From assembly GCA_963796965.1 (NCBI GenBank), contig CAWCNS010000009.1, positions 640,001-704,000 on the forward strand: DNA of 64,000 bases. Reading direction: 5' to 3'. Below are positions 30,857-39,950 of this stretch, in pieces. The notes under the pieces are model-generated. The model saw only the letters and a list, made by a program, of their open reading frames with translations. It was not told the DNA's origin and did not search any database. Within the stretch, counting starts at the first letter, position 1. The number at the start of each line of letters is the position of its first letter. The stretch is from Calditrichia bacterium. Lineage in GTDB: Bacteria; Calditrichota; Calditrichia; JAJRVZ01. The position numbers and the translations under genes were made by a program.

Positions 30857-32269
30857 ATGGATAATAACACATTTACACGAAGAGATTTTCTAAAAACTGT
30901 TGGCGTATCTGCAGGTCTTGCTGTTAGCGGAATTACAAGTACAAGTACTATTTTAAATATAGGATGTAATATGGCTCCTAAAAAAATAACAATTGACAGC
31001 GTTGATTCCAATTTTGAACGTGAACCACTTGTACGACCTTTTGGATTTAAGGGTGGATATATGAGTGAAATCTGGCAGACCATTGCCTATTTGCGAAGCA
31101 CATCCGGTACACACAAAATAGGACTATGCACACAAAATGTTTTATGGTCTGATGCCAAAGTATTCGCCTCTTACTCAGAAAGTGGTGGGAATGCCCTTAT
31201 GTACGCCCTTTCTGATTATGCGCTAAAAATTATTAAGGGAAAGAATTATAAAACCCCAATTGATCTATTAGAAAACATACTGGATGATGTCTATGAATAT
31301 GGCAAAAAAGTAACGGCGAATCCCCACCTAAGAAAAACCTTTGCCCTTAATGCTCTTGTTGGTGTTGATAATGCTGCCTGGCTTTTATATGCAGAAGAAA
31401 ACGGAATTAAAAATTTTGACGATATGATTCCTGATAACTACAGACCATCTTTATCCACACATCATAAGAAAGTGGCCAGCATACCTTTAATGGCCTATTC
31501 TATTCCTATTGAAGAAATTGAGGAAGCGGCAGATCAGGGTTACTTTTTTATGAAGATTAAGATCGGTCAACCTGGTACACAGGAAGAAATGCTGGAAAAA
31601 GATAAAGCAAGACTTTCTGCCATTCATAAAGCCATAGGTGATCGGGAAACACAATATACAAAAAATGGCAAATTACCTTATTATTTTGATGCGAATGGTC
31701 GTTATGAAAGCAAAGAGACGCTGATGCGTTTACTAGATCACGCCAAAAATATTGGCGCTTTTGATCAGATTGCCGTCGTTGAGGAACCATTTCCGGAAGA
31801 ATTAGAATTAAATGTTAGCGATATTCCCGTCAGGTTAGCCGCCGATGAAAGTGCCCACACCGATGAGGATGCCAAAAAAAGAATTGAAATGGGCTATAAA
31901 GCGATTGCTTTAAAGGCTATTGCTAAAACTTTAAGTATGACTATGAAAATAGCCCAGTTAGCACACGATCATAATGTTCCCTGTTTTTGCGCTGACCTGA
32001 CTGTCAACCCCATATTGGTTGATTGGAACAAGAGTATTGCTGCACGCCTGGGTGCTTTTCCCGATCTGGGATTAGGCCTGCTTGAAACGAATGGGCATCA
32101 AAATTACAAAAACTGGAAGACCATGTTTTCGTATCATCCGGACAATGGCGCCAGCTGGACCAAAACTGTCGATGGTGTTTTTAATCTGGATGACAATTAT
32201 TATAAACAGAGTGGAGGCATTTTTAAACCATCTGGTCACTATGAGGCGATGTTTTCTCATAAAATATGA
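30857..32269 (+). CDS. Enolase-superfamily enzyme (epimerase/dehydratase-like), Tat-exported
   Basis: TRRDFLK; MKIKIG; YFDANG; EEP; ADES. Confidence 0.8.
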   Translation: MDNNTFTRRDFLKTVGVSAGLAVSGITSTSTILNIGCNMAPKKITIDSVDSNFEREPLVRPFGFKGGYMSEIWQTIAYLRSTSGTHKIGLCTQNVLWSDAKVFASYSESGGNALMYALSDYALKIIKGKNYKTPIDLLENILDDVYEYGKKVTANPHLRKTFALNALVGVDNAAWLLYAEENGIKNFDDMIPDNYRPSLSTHHKKVASIPLMAYSIPIEEIEEAADQGYFFMKIKIGQPGTQEEMLEKDKARLSAIHKAIGDRETQYTKNGKLPYYFDANGRYESKETLMRLLDHAKNIGAFDQIAVVEEPFPEELELNVSDIPVRLAADESAHTDEDAKKRIEMGYKAIALKAIAKTLSMTMKIAQLAHDHNVPCFCADLTVNPILVDWNKSIAARLGAFPDLGLGLLETNGHQNYKNWKTMFSYHPDNGASWTKTVDGVFNLDDNYYKQSGGIFKPSGHYEAMFSHKI

Positions 32270-32383
32270 TAGATTGTGTTTTAGGCGAAATGGGTTTTGA
32301 TTGTGTATCTCTTATGAAATAACTATGAGAAATTGGATTTATCCAACCAAATCCGCAAAAGTTTTTTAAAATTGAGGAATGAT

Positions 32384-33367
32384 ATGCATAAGTTACGTTG
32401 GGGAATTCTCAGTACGGCAAATATTGGCATAAAAAAAGTTATACCCGCCATGCAGAAGAGTGATAAATGTGAAATAAGCGCCATTGCTTCACGTGATATT
32501 GATGCAGCGAAAATGGCAGCTGAGAAATTGAATATTCCAAATTATTATGGTTCATATCAGGAGTTGCTTGATGATCCCGATATCGATGCTATTTATAACC
32601 CTCTGCCTAATCATTTACATGTACCATGGTCTGTCAAAGCCATTGAGGCTGGTAAACATGTTCTTTGCGAAAAGCCGATAGCCCTTTCTTCAGCTGAAGC
32701 TGAATCATTCCTTGAGGTCTGCCAGACACATCTTGATATTAAAGTAATGGAAGCCTTCATGTATCGTTATCATCCCCAGTGGCAACGGGCAAAACAAATG
32801 GTCAAAGACGGACAGATTGGTACGCTGCAGACAATTAACTCCGTATTTTCCTATTATAACACGGATCCGAAAAATATTCGTAATATGGCCGATATCGGTG
32901 GAGGGGGGTTAATGGATATTGGTTGTTATTGTATTTCCCTGGCACGGTTTATTTTTTCTGAAGAACCTCAACGGGTATCTGGAACTATTAACTACGATCT
33001 TGATTTTAAAACTGATGTTCTGGCCAGTGGTATACTTGAATTTTCCAAAGGGACTTCAACATTTACATGCTCAACCCAACTCTCGCCTTATCAAAAAGTT
33101 AATATTTTCGGCAGTGATGGCCAAATCGAGATTGAGATTCCTTTTAATGCCCCTCCAGATAGACCTACACGTATTTTTCACCAATATTGTGATAACAAAG
33201 AAGAAATTATATTTGATATTTGCGATCAATATACAATCCAGGGTGATCTGTTTGCAGATGCTGTTCTGAATAATCGGACTGTTCCTACGCCAATTGAGGA
33301 TGCGGTTGCAAATATGCGGGTTATTGAAGCAATAATAAAAAGTGATAAAGAGGGTACCTGGATATAA
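32384..33367 (+). CDS. Gfo/Idh/MocA oxidoreductase (D-xylose dehydrogenase/Afr-like)
   Basis: LRWGILSTANIG, PLPNHLH, LCEKP, EAFMY, GGGLMDIGCY; start ATG 32384 after GAGG. Confidence 0.92.
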   Translation: MHKLRWGILSTANIGIKKVIPAMQKSDKCEISAIASRDIDAAKMAAEKLNIPNYYGSYQELLDDPDIDAIYNPLPNHLHVPWSVKAIEAGKHVLCEKPIALSSAEAESFLEVCQTHLDIKVMEAFMYRYHPQWQRAKQMVKDGQIGTLQTINSVFSYYNTDPKNIRNMADIGGGGLMDIGCYCISLARFIFSEEPQRVSGTINYDLDFKTDVLASGILEFSKGTSTFTCSTQLSPYQKVNIFGSDGQIEIEIPFNAPPDRPTRIFHQYCDNKEEIIFDICDQYTIQGDLFADAVLNNRTVPTPIEDAVANMRVIEAIIKSDKEGTWI

Positions 33368-33390
33368 AACAAACACCTGTTTTTTTTATT

Positions 33391-33933
33391 CTACGAATTT
33401 TCCATTAGATCACGTAAAGCAATTAAGTTATTACCACAGGTATTACCGATAATGCTTTTAAGAAGAAATTGGTTATAAATCCTGGTTACAAAACTGGCCG
33501 GTCTATAGGATATCTCTATTGTTATCTCCGTTGTTCCATCCAGAAGAGGTTTCAACTTGTACGAGGTTCGATAGTCCCTAAGCAGTGGATTCTCATTGAG
33601 ACCTGTTCTCTGTAATGTCAATTTCTTATCAGGCTCCAAAACTGTCACCTGTTCTTCATGAAAGATCGATGACTCATAGTCTTTCAAAAAAAAACGTACA
33701 GTTGCTCCCTCCCAGAGTTGGTTACCCTTATTAAGCATAACTTTTTTAAGGTGCGTATGCCAGGATGCATAATTTTCAATTGTGACGATTTGCCGCCATA
33801 CAACATTTACAGGACTTTTTATAACCTGGGTACGGGACAAATAGGTGTTTTGGGGTGCAAATATACCTATACTAATCATGATGACTATCGTCACCACAAA
33901 AATTACAGCGAATATTTTTATACTCTTAATCAT
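33391..33933 (-). CDS. SRPBCC/START-domain protein with N-terminal membrane anchor
   Basis: SRTQVIKSPVNVVWRQIVTIENYASW pattern; C-terminal amphipathic helix. Confidence 0.7.
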   Translation of the reverse strand: MIKSIKIFAVIFVVTIVIMISIGIFAPQNTYLSRTQVIKSPVNVVWRQIVTIENYASWHTHLKKVMLNKGNQLWEGATVRFFLKDYESSIFHEEQVTVLEPDKKLTLQRTGLNENPLLRDYRTSYKLKPLLDGTTEITIEISYRPASFVTRIYNQFLLKSIIGNTCGNNLIALRDLMENS

Positions 33934-33987
33934 TTAAAACCATTACCTTTGATGCTAAACTAGCAATGAAAGTTGATTCATGGGATA

Positions 33988-34779
33988 CTATCGAAGGAGA
34001 AGCATTTTTTTGCTCTGTCTAAAATTACCCGCCTGCAGGATATAATAATAAGATCCAGCACTAACAGAAAATCCGGAATTATTTAGACCATCCCAGCTTA
34101 CCTCATGCTTTCCGGCATGAAATGTATTTTCCAATAATATACGTACTAATCTACCCTGATTGTTATAAATTTTCAGACTAACATTTTGAATTGCGCTAAG
34201 CTGAAATGAAATATTGGTGGAAGGATTAAAAGGATTCGGGTAATTTTGGTTGAGTTCATATGTTTTTACGATTTTACCTTCCTCTATGGAACTTGTCGTA
34301 ATTAATTTATCTAGCACAGATTTAATATTAGAAATAGGCACACCTCCCCCTCTGTAGCGGACAATCCCTTCCTGGTCAATCACAATAGAAATGTCAAGAT
34401 CTTCATAGGCTTGATAGGCTGTTCTCGTTCCTGAGGCATTGATGCAAAGTGGATAGGTTATTCCGGTTGCTGATTGAAATTGTCCAACATTTGAAGAATT
34501 GCTTCCTGACCAGTAATCTAAACCTATGGCCTGAAAATATTGACTATCATAGTTTTGGTTTATTAAAGCCTCTGTGTCTGGCCCAGACAGAATGCACGCA
34601 CCTCATCCATGGCCAAAGAAAAACAAATAAACTGCTTTTCCACTAAAATCGGAGAGAGAAATAGTTCCATGTTCGACTGTCGTATGGGTAAAATTTGGCG
34701 CTGCTTCCCCCACTCCTTGTGCTGATGCCAGCGAGCACAACCACAAAGCTATAGCAAAAGTTAATATGAATTTTTTCAT
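33988..34779 (-). CDS. Probable selenoprotein: signal peptide + redoxin (UxxC) + FlgD-Ig/T9SS-type C-terminal sorting domain, 263 aa
   Basis: ATG at 34779 with SD GGAGG; MKKFILTFAIALWLCSLASAQGVGEAAPNFTHTTVEHGTISLSDFSGKAVYLFFFGHG-TGA(codon 59, 34603-34605)-GAC...ITYPL...IVIDQEGIVRY, continuing in frame into the track ORF (NYPNPFNPST...KKMLLLR). Confidence 0.85.
34571..34591 (-). promoter_or_regulatory. Putative bacterial SECIS hairpin
   Basis: mRNA UGA-GGUGCGUGCAU-UCUGUCUG-GGC-CAGAC-ACAGA: stem-loop starting ~11-14 nt after UGA with a G-starting apical loop ~18-19 nt downstream. Confidence 0.65.
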
Positions 34780-34821
34780 GGTTTTTATCCTCCGTAGTTT
34801 GAGATTTTTAAGTCTTTTTTG

Positions 34822-34952
34822 CTCGCAAAGACGCTAAGCCGCAAAGATTTTGACTAAAACAACTCAAAGTGCTTTATCTATAAAATCACAATTTTTGTCC
34901 AAATTCCTGTAAATTATAAAGTAGTAACTTTGCGTCTTAGCGTCTTTGCGAG
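34822..34952. repeat. Inverted repeat with 25-bp arms (1 mismatch), 8/9-nt periodic, inside the redox operon
   Basis: CTCGCAAAGACGCTAAGCCGCAAAG (34822-34846) and CTTTGCGTCTTAGCGTCTTTGCGAG (34928-34952). Confidence 0.85.
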
Positions 34953-34980
34953 AGATCAAATATTTTAAAATAATTCATAC

Positions 34981-36445
34981 CTAGAGATTACTAGTCAGGC
35001 GAAATTCAAATCCCTCAAAGGGCAATACCTGATAACAAACGCCCGCAGTACAGGCGTTTCCTCCACGGCGTTTTCCGTAAAATAAGCTGACAAAATGTTC
35101 TTGACTATATTGATATCCGGCATTAAAGCCAATCCAATCTTGTCGTTGTTCTCCCGGATCTGTCGTTCGTTCAATCGTGAAGCCTACCGAGAAGTCCGGC
35201 GCATAGGATATAGATAAAGAAGCCAGTTGATTTATTATCTTGTGCGGAACACTTAAATCTCTAATAAAATCCTGATATTCAATATCAATAATGGTCGCTA
35301 ATCCCGGAATCCATTCTGTTTCAGTATAGATACCGTAGGTCTGTCTATTTTTTTCTAGACGAATATCTTCGCTGGCTATATCAAAAAAACCTTTCACCGT
35401 CACCTGAGGAGAAAAATAATAACCCAACTCAATAAACTTTTCATTATAATTGAAATCTTTTATAATAGTTTTATTTTTTGCTTCCGAAAGATTTGTTGTT
35501 ACAGTTAGATCTGTACCAAAATTATAGAAAATTTCTAACTGATAGCCTGTTTCATTATAAGGTTCAAGACTATGCGTACTTCTATTTAACAGGGTATATT
35601 CATGTTCTTTTACCAATGGAGGAGGGTCATTAAATCTTAGAAAAAAATCATTGTAATCCTTATATTCCGCACTCAGGCCGGCTGGGCCTAAATAAGTGTT
35701 CAAACTGAGATATAAAGCATGCGCTGATTCAGATTTGAGATTAAAAAAGCGATTAGATGAACCGAGTTTACCGGCATACTCTCCGTATATTTGCATATTA
35801 AGTGGAAGATTCGCAGACAGCGCAAAACTGGCCAGTTCTTTGTATTCATTTTGGCGGTTTTGTCTAAGATAGAGCTGCCATCACTGTCAAATCTCCAATA
35901 TATAGATTAGTCTGCGCTGATTCGAGTAAATTTTCGCGTCGTATATCGTTTGAAATTATTGGCGGCAGATCTTCCCGTAATACTCTTCCCCTAAAAGCAA
36001 TGAATTCAAACCATTTGTAACCATACCCAAGTTTTACACCATTTATGTCACGATAGAAACCATAACGTGTGCGCAACCCTGCTTGTTCTCTAATAACACC
36101 AGGGATTTCATACGTACGTAATAATAATCCTCGTCCCAATATTTGATAAAAATGTCCGACAAGCAGATTAAAGTTCTCTTTATTAAAAGATAGTGACCAT
36201 TGTGTGACGTTGTTATAGGATATATCCTTACTCGTATTCTGAAAATGCTCAAATTTTCCCATAAAGAGAATTTCATTATATCGATAAGACAGACTGAGTT
36301 GGTCGAAATGTGTGGTCAGGTTTGATGGTTCTTCATTTGGCAGGTTTCCCATCTGATATTCTAAAATATTTGATACTGAAAGCTGACCAAGAACATTATT
36401 AACCACTAAAAATAAAATGAGTGATACGTTATTTTTCATCCTCAT
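34981..36445 (-). CDS. Outer-membrane beta-barrel-like protein with C-terminal CxxGxC motif (DUF6029-like), ~487 aa, split by a +1 frameshift near 35872
   Basis: Signal peptide MRMKNNVSLILFLVVNNVLG; GHFYQILGRGLLLRTYE; alternating beta strands; C-terminal RRGGNACTAGVCYQVLPFEGFEFRLTSNL. Removing one base gives ...DLTVMAAYLRQNRQNEYKELASFALSANLPLNMQIY... Family name is from memory. Confidence 0.7.
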
Positions 36446-36947
36446 TATTCGCTGAGTCTTCTCTGAGTAGTTTATCGATCTCTTCCTGTAATATTTCTTC
36501 ATCACCTGGTCTGTAACCCCGGTGAACGTATACAATTTCATTATCAGAATCTACGATTAGTACTGTTGGCATTACTGTAACTTGTAGCCTGGCCATTAGC
36601 TCGCTATTTGAATCCAATAAAACGGGGTAATTTATACCCAAGGAATTGGCAAAGGGCCTCACCTTTGGTGTATTTCTTGGGCCATCCACGTTTATACCAA
36701 TAAACTGTACACCCTTGTCCTTATATTTTGCATAGAGATCGACTAATTTTGGAATTTCTCTTGAACAGGGTTTGCACCATGTAGCCCAAAAGTCCAATAT
36801 GGTTAGTTTTTCTCCCTGAAGTTGTGAGAATGTTACCTTTTGATTATTAAGATCCTTTAGAGTAAAGTCATCCAATATTGCAGCAAAAAGTGTATTTGCA
36901 AAAATGGTTAAAATCATTAATGATTTGGCGTTTTTTAAAATTGGCAT
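36429..36947 (-). CDS. TlpA/ResA-like thiol-disulfide reductase, exported
   Basis: DFTLKDLN, DFWATWCKPC, INVD, cis-Pro loop VMPT; likely start MPILK at 36947; its stop overlaps the start of the next gene. Confidence 0.9.
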   Translation of the reverse strand: MPILKNAKSLMILTIFANTLFAAILDDFTLKDLNNQKVTFSQLQGEKLTILDFWATWCKPCSREIPKLVDLYAKYKDKGVQFIGINVDGPRNTPKVRPFANSLGINYPVLLDSNSELMARLQVTVMPTVLIVDSDNEIVYVHRGYRPGDEEILQEEIDKLLREDSANNEDEK

Positions 36948-37190
36948 TGTTATTATTCCATTATTTAATGATAAATATGAACACAACAGAACAGAGAATC
37001 TACTATAATAAATACATTTCGTAAGAGTCCTTACTTTTTTCCCTGAGATCTTATATCGGTTAACATGTTTTGTGCATTGATATCGTGATAATACGCACGT
37101 TTCATATTTTGTTGGATAAGTAAGTTTATTACATTATTTTTTCATTTAATATTAAGTTTAACATATAATTTATAGCGAAAGGATCATATC

Positions 37191-38543
37191 TTGTCAGCAT
37201 TAATGGTTTCGATATCGGGTGTTAGAGGTATTGTAGGAAAAAGTCTCACACCAGCAGTTATCCAAAAATTTGCCTTAGCCTTTGGCTCTCTTATGAATCA
37301 GTCACTTATTATAGTAGGCAGTGATTCAAGAACCAGCGGGTCCTTGATCAAAAACATTGTTAAGGGCAGTATTCAGGCCACAGGATGCAAGGTGATTGAT
37401 ATCGGTATCGTCCCCACCCCAACCGTACAAATGGAAATACTACATCATCAGGCCGGGGGCGGTGTTGCTATCACAGCAAGTCATAATCCATCCGAATGGA
37501 ATGGACTCAAATTCATGGATGCAAATGGACGCTTTCTCAGCCCTGAGAAAGCGGCTGCCGTTTATGAATTAGCAGAAGAGGGGAAATTTAACCTGAAAGA
37601 GTGGGAGGCAGTCAGCAGAGAAAGTGCTGACGATGGTGCAAATAATCGTCATATTGAAGCGGTGCTAAACCTTCCCTACATCGATGTAAAAGGACTCCAA
37701 AAGAGAAAATTCACCGTGGTGGTGGATTGTGTTAACGGGGCTGGTGGATTAATTATGCCCCAACTTCTTGAAGAACTTGGGTGCACTGTACATGTGATAA
37801 ATGGAGAACCCAATGGTCATTTTGCACACACACCAGAACCCCTCCCGGAAAATTTGACTCAGCTTGCAGATATAGTTCTGGAGAAAAAAGCAGATATCGG
37901 ATTTGCCGTAGATCCGGATGTAGACCGCTGTGCTATCATTGATAATTTGGGCCAACCCATTGGTGAAGAATACACCCTTGTTTCTGCTGTGAAATTTATG
38001 TTGGGAAAAAAACTGGGCCCTGTTGTGGTAAATATGTCAACTTCACGTGCCAGCGAAGATATCGCTAAATATTATAACTGCCCTTTCATAAGATCAAAGG
38101 TTGGAGAAATCAATGTTGTCGAAGAAATGGCAAAGAACGCAGCTGTTATTGGTGGCGAAGGAAACGGCGGGGTGATTCTTCCGGATATTCACCTGGGTAG
38201 AGATGCTCCAATTGCAGCGGCCTTATCACTTCAACATTTATTGGAATCTGAAACGACCATGGCTGAACTGGTTAAATCGCTCCCACAGTATTTTATGGTA
38301 AAAAGCAAAATTGCCATCGGTGAATCTGATCCGGATAAGGTGATTAACGCATTGATTGAAAAATTTTCTGACCAAAAATTAAATTTACTGGATGGGTTAA
38401 AGATTGATGCGGAGGACCATTGGGTACATTTACGGAAATCAAATACAGAACCAATCATCAGGATTATTGCAGAAGCAAAAACTACTGATGAAGTTCAGCA
38501 AGTTGTTAATAATTATACCAAGGTTATAAAAAATCTGTTTTAG
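37191..38543 (+). CDS. glmM: alpha-D-phosphohexomutase (phosphoglucosamine mutase-like)
   Basis: SGVRG, TASHNP (phospho-Ser), DPDVDR metal loop, GGEGNGG, RKSNTEP; TTG start with SD AAGGA. Confidence 0.75.
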   Translation: MSALMVSISGVRGIVGKSLTPAVIQKFALAFGSLMNQSLIIVGSDSRTSGSLIKNIVKGSIQATGCKVIDIGIVPTPTVQMEILHHQAGGGVAITASHNPSEWNGLKFMDANGRFLSPEKAAAVYELAEEGKFNLKEWEAVSRESADDGANNRHIEAVLNLPYIDVKGLQKRKFTVVVDCVNGAGGLIMPQLLEELGCTVHVINGEPNGHFAHTPEPLPENLTQLADIVLEKKADIGFAVDPDVDRCAIIDNLGQPIGEEYTLVSAVKFMLGKKLGPVVVNMSTSRASEDIAKYYNCPFIRSKVGEINVVEEMAKNAAVIGGEGNGGVILPDIHLGRDAPIAAALSLQHLLESETTMAELVKSLPQYFMVKSKIAIGESDPDKVINALIEKFSDQKLNLLDGLKIDAEDHWVHLRKSNTEPIIRIIAEAKTTDEVQQVVNNYTKVIKNLF

Positions 38544-38623
38544 TGGACATCAAAGTTAATCTGCAAAATTTTCAGCATTAGAGTAATGATGCGATTGAGA
38601 GGGTGTATGATAATAAAAAATCA

Positions 38624-38744
38624 AACACCGATTTACACGGATTTTCCCCGAAATTATATTATTTTTTTAGGTATTAGAACTAATGCTTAAAATAATTTCA
38701 ATGTTTGCTTTTACTCTGTGAATCTCTGTGTATTTCCGTGATAA
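38624..38744. repeat. 9-nt periodic inverted-repeat element
   Basis: aacaccgatttacacggatt ... actctgtgaatctctgtgtatttccgtgataa. Confidence 0.55.
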
Positions 38745-38908
38745 AAAATTATTTTTACACGGCCCATTATTTGCGTCCTTACTTTCTCCCAATTAATAAA
38801 GTCAATTTTATTCGTTATAGTCCTTACATAATTAAATAATTCTCACTCAGTAAGTTATAAATTTTCAATATAACAGTGATTTAGTAATTCAAAAAAATAA
38901 ATAATTTA

Positions 38909-38937
38909 TTGACATCTAACTATTTTATACCTATTAT
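38909..38937 (+). promoter_or_regulatory. Sigma70 promoter of the BMC operon
   Basis: TTGACA (38909-38914), 17-nt spacer, TATTAT (38932-38937). Confidence 0.8.
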
Positions 38938-38972
38938 TGAACAAATGTTAAATTTACCTGAACATTTGTTCA
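38938..38972. promoter_or_regulatory. SorC/DeoR-family operator
   Basis: TGAACAAATGTT-N11-AACATTTGTTCA perfect inverted repeat; also two TGAACA-N2-TGTT(C/A)A boxes 21 bp apart, overlapping the predicted +1. Confidence 0.8.
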
Positions 38973-38975
38973 TAT

Positions 38976-39923
38976 ATGACAAAACCTACACACGACATAT
39001 CGCTGCTTCTTGAGACGGCAAAATTGTATTATCAACATGACTTAAGCCAGCAGCAAATTGCTCAAAAAATCGGGATTTCCCGTCCCGGCGTTTCTCGTTT
39101 GCTTCAACGTGCCCGGGATGAAGGGATCGTACGAATTGAAATTATTGATCCCTTTCAAATGGGTACACAGTTAGAACAGGATTTAAAAGAAAAGTTTAAT
39201 CTTAACAAAGTAATAATCGTACCTGCTGATGAGCGATCCCTGATTCTAAAACGTCGTTTGGGGTTTGCGACCCACAGCTATTTAATAACCCTTCTTAAAG
39301 ATAACATGGTCCTGGGTGTTTCCTGGGGGACTACTATGCAGGAAGTAGCAAAGGCAGTAGTGGCAAAAAAAATAAATAACCTCACTGTTGTCCAATTAAA
39401 TGGAGGTATTTCGAAGGCAGCATACGATACACATGCCAGTGAAATTGCGCAGAGTATTGGTTTAAAGTATCAGGCTATTCCGTACCTGCTTCCATTGCCT
39501 GCGATCGTCGATTCAGCTGCATTAAAAAACTCTATCATCTCAGATAAAAATATTGCCAGAACTCTTAGTTTAGCGGATCAATCAGAAGTGGCCATATATA
39601 CAATCGGCCTATTTAATAAAAATTCTGTGCTGGTAAAAGCTGACTATTTCGATGATGCTGAAATTGAATCATTAGTGGATAAAGGTGCAATCGGTGATAT
39701 TTGCTCGCGCATCATTAATCATGAGGGAAATATTTGCTCAAAATCGCTTGACCATAGAACCATAGGGATTGAATTAAAAAATCTGGTAAAAAAGAAACAT
39801 GCTATTGCGGTCGTTGGTGGTCTTGATAAACTCCCTGCTATCTTAGCTGCTTTGAAGGGGCGATGGATGAATACCCTGGTTGTCGACGACCGGGTTGCCG
39901 CAGAATTAATTTTAAGTAATTAG
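38976..39923 (+). CDS. deoR: SorC/DeoR(B. subtilis)-family sugar-phosphate-binding repressor
   Basis: AKLYYQHDLSQQQIAQKIGISRPGVSRLL HTH; GVSWGTT; GAIGDICSR; LKGRWMNTLVVD. Confidence 0.88.
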   Translation: MTKPTHDISLLLETAKLYYQHDLSQQQIAQKIGISRPGVSRLLQRARDEGIVRIEIIDPFQMGTQLEQDLKEKFNLNKVIIVPADERSLILKRRLGFATHSYLITLLKDNMVLGVSWGTTMQEVAKAVVAKKINNLTVVQLNGGISKAAYDTHASEIAQSIGLKYQAIPYLLPLPAIVDSAALKNSIISDKNIARTLSLADQSEVAIYTIGLFNKNSVLVKADYFDDAEIESLVDKGAIGDICSRIINHEGNICSKSLDHRTIGIELKNLVKKKHAIAVVGGLDKLPAILAALKGRWMNTLVVDDRVAAELILSN

Positions 39924-39950
39924 AAGATATCACGAAAGGATTATATTAAT

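Noticed and set aside
34449..34646. 65-aa plus-strand ORF
   Set aside because: Antisense shadow of the selenoprotein gene.
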